Assembly: GCA_004297205.1 (NCBI GenBank)
Contig: SCUL01000002.1
Coordinates: 316,594-380,593 of the forward strand
Direction of reading: 5' to 3'
DNA length: 64,000 nt
Source: Patescibacteria group bacterium
GTDB taxonomy: Bacteria; Patescibacteriota; Patescibacteriia; 2-12-FULL-57-11
Below, piece by piece: positions 27,668 through 36,800 of this stretch; position 1 is the stretch's first letter; every line of letters begins with the position of its first letter. The position numbers were made by a program, and so were the translations under genes. The notes under the pieces were generated by a model that was given only the letters and a program-made list of their open reading frames with translations, was not told the origin of the DNA and ran no database searches.

Positions 27668-29005
27668 TTACATCATCTTCTTGCGAATGAACGCCGGGAT
27701 TTCCAAATCTTCTTCGTCCGAGGCGTCGGCACCCTTGCCGGTGAAGACGGTGCGCTCCTCGACCAGCTTCTTGGAGCTGAACTGGCGCTCTTCCTGCTGG
27801 GTCTCCGGTTCCGGTTCTCCGCCTGAGGCGGATCCGCCTCCGGCGGAGGGCTTGGGCGGCGGCGTAGGCGGCATCGGCTGGGGCTGCGGCGCCTGCTGCT
27901 GGAAACGGGCGGCTGCGGCCGTAAACATGCCGGAGGCGCGGGGTTCGACGCGCGGCGGCTCCGGGGCGATGTCTTTGGCCTTCATGAAGGTGGTCGGCGC
28001 GTAGGTGCCGCCGGCGATGCCGGCTTTGAGGCTCGGGGTGGGCGCCTTGGCCTTTTCTTCAAAACCGGTCGCGATGACCGTGATGCGCACGTCTTCTTTG
28101 AGCGAGTCGTCGATGACGGCGCCGAAAATGACTTTGGCGCCCGGATCGGCCGAGCCGGTGATGATCTTCGCGGCCTCGGAGACTTCGTGCATGCCCATGC
28201 TCGGGCCGCCGGTGATCATGAAGAGGATGCCGCGCGCACCCTCGATGGACACTTCAAGAAGCGGCGAGGCGACGGCGGCTTTGGCGGCGTCCACGGCGCG
28301 GTTCTCCCCGCTGCCGTGCCCGATGCCCATGAGCGCCGTGCCCTGGCTCGACATGATGGCTTTCACGTCGGCGAAGTCGACGTTGATGATGCCGGGAACC
28401 GTGATCAATTCGGAAATGCCCTGCACGCCCTGGCGCAGCACGTCATCGACGATCTGGAAGGCGTCCAAAAGCGACGTCTTCTTGTCGATGATCTGCAGCA
28501 CCCGGTCGTTGGGGATGGTGATGATGGTGTCGACGCGCTCGGCCAGGTCCGCGTAGGCCTGCTCCGCGATCTCCCTGCGCTGCGCGCCCTCGAAGGCGAA
28601 CGGCTTGGTGACGACGGCGACGGTCAACGCGCCCAGGTCGCGGGCGATCTCCGCCACGAACGGGCCGGCGCCGGAACCGGTACCGCCGCCCATGCCGCAG
28701 GTGATGAAGACCATGTCCGCGCCTTTGAGGAGCTCGCGGATTTCGTTCTGGCTTTCTTCGGCGGCCTTGCGCCCGAGTTCCGGATCCATGCCGGCGCCGA
28801 GCCCGCGCGTCACGGTTTTGCCGATGTGCAGCTTCACCGGCGCGTGGTTGTAGTGGAGCGCCTGCACGTCCGTGTTGATCGCCACAAATTCCACGCCTTT
28901 GATTTTGGAGGCGATCATGCGGTTGACCGCGCTGCCGCCGGAGCCGCCAACGCCAACCACTTTGATCTTGGCGAATGTTTCGATGTCCGGTTTCACTTCA
29001 GGCAT
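27668..29005 (-). CDS. ftsZ: Cell division GTPase FtsZ.
   Basis: KIKVVGVGGSGGSAVNRM, GGGTGSGAGP, NVDFADV. Start is probably MPEVKPD. Confidence 0.9.
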   Translation of the reverse strand: MPEVKPDIETFAKIKVVGVGGSGGSAVNRMIASKIKGVEFVAINTDVQALHYNHAPVKLHIGKTVTRGLGAGMDPELGRKAAEESQNEIRELLKGADMVFITCGMGGGTGSGAGPFVAEIARDLGALTVAVVTKPFAFEGAQRREIAEQAYADLAERVDTIITIPNDRVLQIIDKKTSLLDAFQIVDDVLRQGVQGISELITVPGIINVDFADVKAIMSSQGTALMGIGHGSGENRAVDAAKAAVASPLLEVSIEGARGILFMITGGPSMGMHEVSEAAKIITGSADPGAKVIFGAVIDDSLKEDVRITVIATGFEEKAKAPTPSLKAGIAGGTYAPTTFMKAKDIAPEPPRVEPRASGMFTAAAARFQQQAPQPQPMPPTPPPKPSAGGGSASGGEPEPETQQEERQFSSKKLVEERTVFTGKGADASDEEDLEIPAFIRKKMM

Positions 29006-29120
29006 ACCGCAGCGCACGATGATTGAACACGATTTGTGTTCGATTTTCGTCTCTTTTCAGCGGAATTTCCTCCCGACGCCCATACTGTACGAGCGTCGGC
29101 AAGACAACGTCAAGCGATGG

Positions 29121-30377
29121 TCAAGGCAGCAGATGCCCGAACCACTTTTTCATGGATTTGGTGAGCGTGGAAACGGCCGCGACATTGCCCATCATCTTCC
29201 CGAAGCCCTTTGTTTTCCGGCTTTCCTGGAAGTGCGACCCCCAGGAGACGAGGCCGATGGCCGTGGAGAAGGCCAGGTCGTTGACGCGGTCGGTGATGGA
29301 GGTGACGCCGATCGGCAGTCCCATCTGGATCGGCAACCGGAGCTTGCGCTTGGCGACTTCGACGACGCCCGGGAGCTTGGCTCCCCCGCCGGTCAGGATG
29401 ATGCCGGCCGGGAGCAGGCCGCTCCTGCCCACGCGCTTCAGTTCCTTGTCGACTTTCTCGAAAATTTCCTCGGCCCGGGCCTCGATGATCTCGGCCACGT
29501 ACTTGCGGCTGACGGTTTCACTCTCCGCGGCGCCGAATTCCTTGATGTCGACGTCGTCGCGCCGCCCGACTTCCTTGGGGACAGCCGTGCCGTAGCGGAT
29601 CTTAAGCGCTTCGGCGATGTCGATGGAGGTCCGCAGGCCGATGGCGATGTCCGAGGTGACGTGTTCCGAGCCGATCGGCAGCACGATGGTGTGCAGCACG
29701 TCGCCTTCTTCAAAGACGATGACGCTGGTGGTGGAGCCGCCGATGTTGACGACGGCCACGCCGAGCTCTTTCTGGCGCGGCGTGACGACGGCTTCGGCCG
29801 TGGCCAGCACGGACAGCACCAGGTCCTCGATTTCGAGGCCGGTGCGGTAGACGCACTTGGTGATGTTCTTGATCTGGCTCGTGAGCCCCTGGACGATCTC
29901 GGCGTCGACTTCGAGCCGGATGCCGCTCATGCCGACCGGATCCTTGATGCCGGTCTGGCCGTCGACCGTGAAACTCTTGGGAATGACGTGCAAAATCTCG
30001 TAATTGGCGGGGCTGGCCACGGTCCGGGCCGCTTCAATGGCGCGCTCGGCGTCTTCCTCCCGGATTTCGCCGTCCGGGCGGGACACGCCCACCACGCCCT
30101 TGGAGGTCTGGGACAGCACGTGGCTGCCGGAAATACCCACCCAGACGCGTTCAATTTCAAAACCGACCATCCGCTCGGCGCGCTCCAAACAGGCCGAAAC
30201 GGAAGAAACGGCGTCCTCGATGGACGTCACGACGCCTTTGTTGATGCCTTCGGCCGGCACTTCGGCGGCACCGATGATGTGCAGCCCGGCCTTGGCGCCC
30301 TCTGCGGCGCGCTGGCCGACCGCGATCCTGACCGCGGTGGAGCCGATATCGAGTCCGGTGATGAAGTTCTCGGCCAT
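29121..30377 (-). CDS. ftsA: Cell division protein FtsA.
   Basis: MAENFITGLDIGSTAVRIAV..., an actin-like ATPase, upstream of ftsZ. The N-terminal extension in the ORF track is Arg-rich junk. Confidence 0.85.
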   Translation of the reverse strand: MAENFITGLDIGSTAVRIAVGQRAAEGAKAGLHIIGAAEVPAEGINKGVVTSIEDAVSSVSACLERAERMVGFEIERVWVGISGSHVLSQTSKGVVGVSRPDGEIREEDAERAIEAARTVASPANYEILHVIPKSFTVDGQTGIKDPVGMSGIRLEVDAEIVQGLTSQIKNITKCVYRTGLEIEDLVLSVLATAEAVVTPRQKELGVAVVNIGGSTTSVIVFEEGDVLHTIVLPIGSEHVTSDIAIGLRTSIDIAEALKIRYGTAVPKEVGRRDDVDIKEFGAAESETVSRKYVAEIIEARAEEIFEKVDKELKRVGRSGLLPAGIILTGGGAKLPGVVEVAKRKLRLPIQMGLPIGVTSITDRVNDLAFSTAIGLVSWGSHFQESRKTKGFGKMMGNVAAVSTLTKSMKKWFGHLLP

Positions 30378-30382
30378 AGGGG

Positions 30383-30754
30383 CTACCCGCGGAGGGCGAT
30401 CTGCAGGTACGGCACGAAAATGATGAGTCCGACGGCGGCTGCGCCGAGCGCAGCCACGAGCACGGCGCCGGCCATGGCGTTCTTGACCACTTCGACCTGC
30501 GTCGAGAGGCGCGGCTTGAACAAATCGACCATGTGCTCCACGGCGCTGTTGAGCAATTCTAGCACGAGCACGAACGTCCCAACAAGCAGCACGACGACCA
30601 TTTCCTGGGTCCGAATCCTGAGCCACAGACCGAGGAGCACGGCCGCGACCGCGAGCGCGATCTGGATGCGGAAACTGTGCTCCGTCCGGGCCACGAAGGC
30701 AATCCCCCGGCCGGCATAGGACAGGCTTTTCCCCAACGTCTTCAGCGAGAACAT
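30383..30754 (-). CDS. dgkA: Diacylglycerol / undecaprenol kinase (DgkA family).
   Basis: 3-TM protein with the ELLNSAVEHMVD motif. Confidence 0.75.
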   Translation of the reverse strand: MFSLKTLGKSLSYAGRGIAFVARTEHSFRIQIALAVAAVLLGLWLRIRTQEMVVVLLVGTFVLVLELLNSAVEHMVDLFKPRLSTQVEVVKNAMAGAVLVAALGAAAVGLIIFVPYLQIALRG

Positions 30755-31185
30755 AGGCGGGAAACCAGGGATTCCTGAAGGCGGAACATGCGGCGCGCGT
30801 CCGCAGGCTTCACATGATCATGCCCGGCGCAATGCAGCAAGCCGTGCACGAGCACGTCGAACAATTCGTGTTGGAGCGTGATGTCGAGCTGTGCCGCGTC
30901 GCGCTTGGCGTAGGGCAACGAGATAACCACGTCGCCGAAAAAATGCGGCGCGCCCGGAGCAGGAAACGTCCCCTCCCCCGGGAAGGACAGCACATCCGTG
31001 GTCGCGTCCATTTTGCGCGTGCGCTTGTTCAGCGCGCGCATGGCGGCGTCGCCCACGAAGGTCACGGAGACGGCTTGCGGTGCGCGGCGCTTGAGCGCGC
31101 GCATCACCGCATCGACCGCACGGCGAACATCGCGGTCCGACAACCCTCCCCGCGCACGACGTACGATCTCCACCGCGTGCGGCAT
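30742..31185 (-). CDS. ybeY: Endoribonuclease YbeY.
   Basis: HGLLHCAGHDH metal-binding motif. Confidence 0.85.
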   Translation of the reverse strand: MPHAVEIVRRARGGLSDRDVRRAVDAVMRALKRRAPQAVSVTFVGDAAMRALNKRTRKMDATTDVLSFPGEGTFPAPGAPHFFGDVVISLPYAKRDAAQLDITLQHELFDVLVHGLLHCAGHDHVKPADARRMFRLQESLVSRLCSR

Positions 31186-31190
31186 ATCCG

Positions 31191-32300
31191 CTACGGGGTC
31201 GACGTCGCCGTCGAGGTCGGCGCGGTCGGAGCAGGCGCGGCGGGCGCGGCCACGGCGCGCAGCGAGTTCGCCATCATCTCGTAGGTGCGGCGGAAGGCGG
31301 CCTCAGAGCGGCCGCCGAGCGTGTACGCGAGCACCAGGACGCGGCCCGGCGCGATCGCCACATAGCTCGTGAAGCCGTCCGGGCTGCGCACGCCGGACAG
31401 GCCCGAGCGCGTCGTAAAGGGCTGGATTTGGGAGCGCGGAACGCCGGGCGAACGTTCCAGGTACCACTCGGTCAACGGCAGGTTGTCGACATTGTCCTCG
31501 AGCAGCACCTGCACGAACTCGCCGCTCGCGGCGATCCAAGCCACGGACTGGCTCTCGGGATCAATGACGTTGCGGCGCCAGGCCACGGGCGCGAGCAGGC
31601 TGTAGCCGGGTTCGGTGAACAGCATCACGGACGAGGTGGCCGCGATGAGTTCCGCCCGGGCGCCCGCCGCCGGATCGTACAGGTTGAAAACTTCGGCGCC
31701 GTCGAGGAAGCCGTCGTCGTCGGTGTCCGGACGGTTGGGGTTGGCGCGGTAGAGCAGCTCCTCGAGGTCGGTCAACCCGTCCACGTCGCTGTCGGCGGCC
31801 AGGCGCACCGGGCCGGTCGGCGCCGGGGCGTTGACGTTGGCGTTCTGGTTGGTGTTGGCCGGCGTGCTTGTGGTCACGGCCGGGGTGGAAGTCGTGACGG
31901 CCGGGGTTGAGGTGGCCGGCGCGTTCACGTTGGCGTTGGCATTGCGGTTGACGTTCACGTTCGCCGGACGGTTGGCGTTCACGTTGGCCGGACGGTTGAT
32001 GTTGGCATTGGCAAGCGGCGCGGGCGCGGACGGGGCGCGGCCAAAGAACCACCAGCCGGCAAAGCCGAGGCCTCCCAAGACGACCAGACCGACCACGATG
32101 AACAGCCAGAGCGGCGGCCGAGCGGCTCTGGCCGGGGCCTCGATCGGACTGCGCGGCACGGCGGCCTGCGCGGCGGGACTGAGCGGCGCTTCCTTCCCCG
32201 GCACATATGCCAAAGCCGCGCCGAGGTAGCGCTCGGGCATGGTGACGATCCGCTCTTCCGGATCGACGCTCGGCAGCGGGGGGAGCTTGGGCTCAGCCAT
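31191..32300 (-). CDS. Single-pass membrane protein. Asn/Val/Ala-rich low-complexity linker, TSP3-like Ca-binding repeats, C-terminal about 170-aa domain.
   Basis: TM LWLFIVVGLVVLGGLGFAGWWFF. Linker NANINRPANVNANRPANVNVNRNANANVNAP. Motif DSDVDGLTDLEE...DTDDDGFLDGAEVFNLYDPAAG. Confidence 0.55.
   Translation of the reverse strand: MAEPKLPPLPSVDPEERIVTMPERYLGAALAYVPGKEAPLSPAAQAAVPRSPIEAPARAARPPLWLFIVVGLVVLGGLGFAGWWFFGRAPSAPAPLANANINRPANVNANRPANVNVNRNANANVNAPATSTPAVTTSTPAVTTSTPANTNQNANVNAPAPTGPVRLAADSDVDGLTDLEELLYRANPNRPDTDDDGFLDGAEVFNLYDPAAGARAELIAATSSVMLFTEPGYSLLAPVAWRRNVIDPESQSVAWIAASGEFVQVLLEDNVDNLPLTEWYLERSPGVPRSQIQPFTTRSGLSGVRSPDGFTSYVAIAPGRVLVLAYTLGGRSEAAFRRTYEMMANSLRAVAAPAAPAPTAPTSTATSTP
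31814..32012. repeat. Low-complexity tandem DNA repeats (gttggcgttcacgtt-like units) encoding the (N-A/V-N) linker, plus a duplicated TSTPAVT unit.
   Basis: Read directly in the DNA. A similar tract occurs at 32564-32729 in the adjacent paralog. Confidence 0.5.
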
Positions 32301-32303
32301 GGA

Positions 32304-33044
32304 TCATGGAGAAACCGTCGTGGTCGACGAGCCCGGGGTGGGCGGCAGGAGACGGCCGGGACCGTTGGGGTCGTAGCCGTTCCTGACTTCGGCGCCGTCC
32401 AGGTAGGTGTCGCCGTCGGTGTCGGCGTTCAACGGATTGGTGCGATAGACGCGCACTTCATCCCAGTCGGACAGCTCGTCGCCGTCGGTGTCGGTCTTGG
32501 TGGGGTCGGTCCCGAGACTGCGCTCTTCTGCGTCGGTCAGCCCGTCGCCGTCCGAGTCGATGATGATCGGACCGTTGACGTTGGCATTGGCGTTGGCGTT
32601 GACGTTCGTGTCCGGCGCGTTGACGTTGGCGTTCTGGTTCGCGTTCAGGTTGGCGTTCACTGCCGGAACATTGGCATTCGCCGCCGGCGCGTTGACGTTG
32701 GCCGCCGGCACGTTGGTGTTTGCGACCGGCGTCGAGATGCGGCGCCAAGTCAGATACGCAGCGGTGCCGATCACGCCGACGATGACCACGCCGATGCCGA
32801 CGAACAGCAGGATGCGCTGGTAGCCCATGCCCGGTTCTTCAAGCGCAGCCAGATCCTGCGGCGCGGGAGGGACGGCCGGACGCTGCACGGGCTTGAGCGG
32901 CGAGGGACCTCTCGCCGGGCTCGGCGCGGACGCGTCGGCGCGAGGCGCGGACGGCCCCGTCCCCGGCGGTGCGGCCGACGGTTCGACCTTGTCGAAGATG
33001 TCGTCCACCGGAAGATTATCTGGCGTATTCTCGAACATAGGCAT
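32304..33044 (-). CDS. Single-pass membrane protein. Asn/Val/Ala-rich linker plus three TSP3-like repeats, ending ...NGYDPNGPGRL.
   Basis: TM ILLFVGIGVVIVGVIGTAAYL. Motifs DSDGDGLTDAEE, DTDGDELSDWDE, DTDGDTYLDGAE. Confidence 0.55.
   Translation of the reverse strand: MPMFENTPDNLPVDDIFDKVEPSAAPPGTGPSAPRADASAPSPARGPSPLKPVQRPAVPPAPQDLAALEEPGMGYQRILLFVGIGVVIVGVIGTAAYLTWRRISTPVANTNVPAANVNAPAANANVPAVNANLNANQNANVNAPDTNVNANANANVNGPIIIDSDGDGLTDAEERSLGTDPTKTDTDGDELSDWDEVRVYRTNPLNADTDGDTYLDGAEVRNGYDPNGPGRLLPPTPGSSTTTVSP
32564..32729. repeat. Low-complexity tandem DNA repeats encoding the NANVNAPAANANV... linker.
   Basis: Hexa- and nonanucleotide periodicity (gacgttggc / gttggcgtt) read directly. Confidence 0.5.
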
Positions 33045-33845
33045 TTAGGGAGTGGCCGTCTCGAGCCGGCCCGGACCGAGCGGATTGTAACCGTTCTTCA
33101 CCTCTTCGCCGTCGGAAAAGCCGTCGCCGTCGGTGTCCGCGTTGAGCGGATCCGTCCCCATCTCGATCTCCTGACCGTTGGTCAGGCCGTCGCCGTCCTC
33201 GTCGCCGGAAGCCGGCGGGATGGTCAGCGGTTGCGGCTCTGCCGGCGGGGCGATGTCCGCGAAGAAGGCGTTGCAGTTCACGGCCTGCTCCCCCGAGAGT
33301 TGGGTGCAGCGGTCGGCGCTGGGATATCCGGCGTACACGTCGCCTTCGCAGGCCGCCGCGGCTTCGGCGCCGAGCGCCGCGCAGACGGCCGGGTCTCCTT
33401 GGGCGCGCCCTTGCGCGGTAACGGCGCGCTCCGTGCAGCGGGTGCGGATGCCGTCTTCCCCGATTCTATCACATTGGCTTGGATCCGCCGCGGCTTCGGC
33501 CGCCGCGCCCACGCACAAATCACGCGCCTGAGCGTCGCCGATGTCGCCGCACCGCGCCGCGTCCTTGGCGGCCACGGCTTCGGCGTATCGTTCGGCATCG
33601 CTGCACGCTTCGGCGCTTTCCCGTTCGGCGCAGCCGCGGGACACGGGCACCGGCTCCTCCCCTTCCGGAGCGGGCGTTTCGCCCTCGGGAGCCGATCCGT
33701 TTGACGGTCGGTTCGAGGCGCTCTGGCCGCCCGGCTGTTCGGACGCGGGCGCCGTGGCGCGCATCCGCCAGACGAGCAACCCGCCCACGACAAGAGCCAG
33801 GACGAGCACGCCGGCACCGATGGCGATGATCATGCGTCGCGACAT
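33045..33845 (-). CDS. Single-pass membrane protein with a Cys-rich ectodomain and C-terminal TSP3-like repeats ending ...[11 protein letters not shown].
   Basis: N-terminal [24 protein letters not shown]. Motifs [24 protein letters not shown]. Confidence 0.55.
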   Translation of the reverse strand: MSRRMIIAIGAGVLVLALVVGGLLVWRMRATAPASEQPGGQSASNRPSNGSAPEGETPAPEGEEPVPVSRGCAERESAEACSDAERYAEAVAAKDAARCGDIGDAQARDLCVGAAAEAAADPSQCDRIGEDGIRTRCTERAVTAQGRAQGDPAVCAALGAEAAAACEGDVYAGYPSADRCTQLSGEQAVNCNAFFADIAPPAEPQPLTIPPASGDEDGDGLTNGQEIEMGTDPLNADTDGDGFSDGEEVKNGYNPLGPGRLETATP

Positions 33846-33848
33846 AGG

Positions 33849-36800
33849 TCAGGGGAAGAATCCGCCGCCAAAACCGCCGCCCGGCACAGGGGAACTGCCC
33901 GACGGAATGCAGCTGTCAGCCACGCAGATGAACCCGGCGCGGCACGAGACCGAGCAGCGGATGAAGCCGCCGCCCGATGCGGACGTCCGGCAGGCAGGAT
34001 AACTGGGTTCAAGCCGGGCGCAGGTGCACGAGCCGCCGGAGACCACGACGTCTTCAAGGTCTGAGCACCCGCCGCCGCCGGTGTCGGGAATCGGACACGG
34101 GCGCGCGTCGAGGCGGCAGCGTCCGTCCACGCAGGTGCGCGCCGGATCGTCGCACGTTCCTCCGCCGGAGCCGCCCGGGGGCGACCCGCCCGGCGGAACA
34201 CCGACGGCACCGCCCTCTTCGTCGACGACGACGCCGTCGCCGTCCGTGGGGTCGGCGGGGGCTGCGGGGCTGCGCGACGGCACGCAGGCGAACCCTCCGG
34301 GAGGAGGAGGCGGCGGGTCGCCGTAGACGAGCGGGCAGGCGTTGAAGCGTACGGCGCTGACCCGGATCTGGACGCCCGCGCCGGCATCAATGCGCAGCGG
34401 CAGAAGCTGCGGCGTGCGGCTGCAAGTGATGCTGCCGAGGGGCACCGTGGCCGAGCGGCGGATCGTGATCGGACCCGTGCTGACGGGAGCCGTCGCGCCG
34501 ACGGGGGGGCCGACGGTGATCGTCCCCGCGACGACGGCGCTCGTGACTGCCGTGCCGATGGCGCTGCCGATGTCGACCGAGGCGTCGAGCGTGGTGGCCA
34601 CGAAACGGTTCGCGGACGGGGCGATCGACTCCATGGCGCGAATGCAGCCGTACCAGTCGTCGATCATCGAAAAACGACCGGCCGCGCACATCTCCTGGAC
34701 GGAGCCGAATTCGCTGAGATACGTCTCGTCTTCCGCCACGCGCAGCGTGAAATTCCGGTACCGGGGGCCGACGGCTCCGACGGGCGTGCTGTGGGTACGC
34801 TCGTGGTTTTCGCAGCCTTCCGGCGCGCAGCTGGAACCGCGGGAGAAGAAATGGTCGTCGGACTGCAAACCGTCGGACACCAGGATGACGATGCGCTGTT
34901 CCGCCCCGTCGGCATCGAGGATGGCCGTGGCGCGCTCCATCGCGGCCTTGCCCGGCGAGACGTCCCTACCGCTTCCCGACGTGATCATGCGCAGCCCCTG
35001 GACGGTGGTCTTCAACTCCTCACGGCCGATGGCGTTCAGAACGACCAATTCCGGTGCGCCGGTCAACGCGGTCAGGGTCCGAACGTTCCCCTCGTACCGG
35101 CTCCCCTGGTAGAGGATCGGTCCCGACGGGTTGGCGTTCAGGCCGCCGAAGGCCAGGATGCCCATCTTCAAGTCGGTCACCGACCCGGGGAACGAATTGT
35201 AAATCTGGTCGATCACGCCGTCGGCGCCGGCAACCACGTTCTTGGCGATGTCGAAGCGGGACGGCGTGCCGCCGGTGCCGTTCGGCAGGAGGCCCATGCT
35301 GCGCGAGACGTCGAACACCAACAGGACCGAGGTCCGGCGGCCGACGGTGCCCACCGGGGTCAGGTCGGCCACAATCTGCATGTCCGTGTCGATCGTCGAC
35401 GCGCCCGTCTGGCAGGCCGGAATCACCAGGTCGTGCGTCACCGCGCCGCTGTCGACGACGGCCTCGCCCAGCGTGCGGTCGGAGATGAAGCCGCCGGGGC
35501 TGTGCGGCTGGAGCCGGATTTCGAGCTGCGAGAACGTCGGCGGGCAGGCCTGGCGGCAGTCGCCGGAGCAGTGCGTGTCGCGCGTCGCTCCTTCCACGCA
35601 GGAGACGTCGTTCGGTTCGCACAGTTCGTACGGCCGTTCGACGACGCCGTTGCCGCAGTAACCGCCGGAGACCGAGATGCCGCGGCAGACGTTGGTGCAG
35701 AAGTTGCAGGAGCGGCCGTAGGCGCAGGAGGCGCGGGCCCGGGCGATCGACGAGGGGTTGGAGGCGTCGATGTTGTCGGCGCCGCTGTCGCACTCTTCGC
35801 CGGCCGGATTGACGATGCGGTCGCCGCAGACGTTGCGCACGCAGGTGTTCAGGCAGCCGTCGTTCTGGTTGCGGTTGCCGTCGTCGCACTCTTCGCCGGC
35901 CTCGCGCTGGACGACGCCGTCGCCGCAGCTCGAAACGACCGAGCAGGCGCTCCAGGCGCCGAAGCCGGTGCAGGCGGCCACGCAGGTGCGGGAGCGACGC
36001 ATTTCGCGGCCGTCCGGATCCGTGCCGCAGACTTCGCTTTCGGTCTGGCCCGGTTCGCAGATTTCCCCGTAAGAGATTTCACCGTCGCCGCAGTACGGAC
36101 CGAAGTTGCGGCAGTCAGGAGCGCAGCTCGCCGCCCGCGAGGCGTTGTAGCGGGTCGTGCCCAAGCAGGCGGACCCGTCGGCGCAGCCGCCGGCGCCGCC
36201 GAAGTTGCACGTCGCGCCGGAGCCTGCGCAGCGTCCGCCGAGATCACAGACTTCCCCGGCCTGGCGGTTGCCGTCGCCGCAGTGCGGGCCCAAGCCCGTG
36301 CAGAGTCCGTTGCAGCGGCCATAGGTGTTGTTCAGCGAGCCGTCGTCGCAGGCCTCGGGCGGCGAAAGAATCCCGTCGCCGCAGCGCGCCGGAGCGCAGC
36401 TGCCGTAGGTCTTGGTGCAGGTGTCGGAGCACGTCCAGCGCATGCCGCCGGCGCCGCCCGCAATCGTGCACGCCTCGACCCCGGTGTCGCCGATTTCGCA
36501 CTGCTCGCCCGGTCCGATCGAGCCGTCGCCGCAGACGCCGTCCGAGGCGCTGAGGAGCCCCTCGTCGGTGGCGCGCGCCTGGCAGACGTCCTGGAGGCGG
36601 AAGACGTTCAGGATGCCGGTTTCCGGATGGCTGACCGGTTCGACCGGATCGGCCCAGTTCAGGACACGGCAGGTGCCGCCCGTACAGTCGGCATCCTGGC
36701 TGCAGAGCCGGTTGGGATCGGTCGAGCAGAAACGCAGTTCGAACTCGGCGCCGAACTCGAAGCCCCGGCCGCGCTTGCGATACTCGTAGATGCGCGATCC

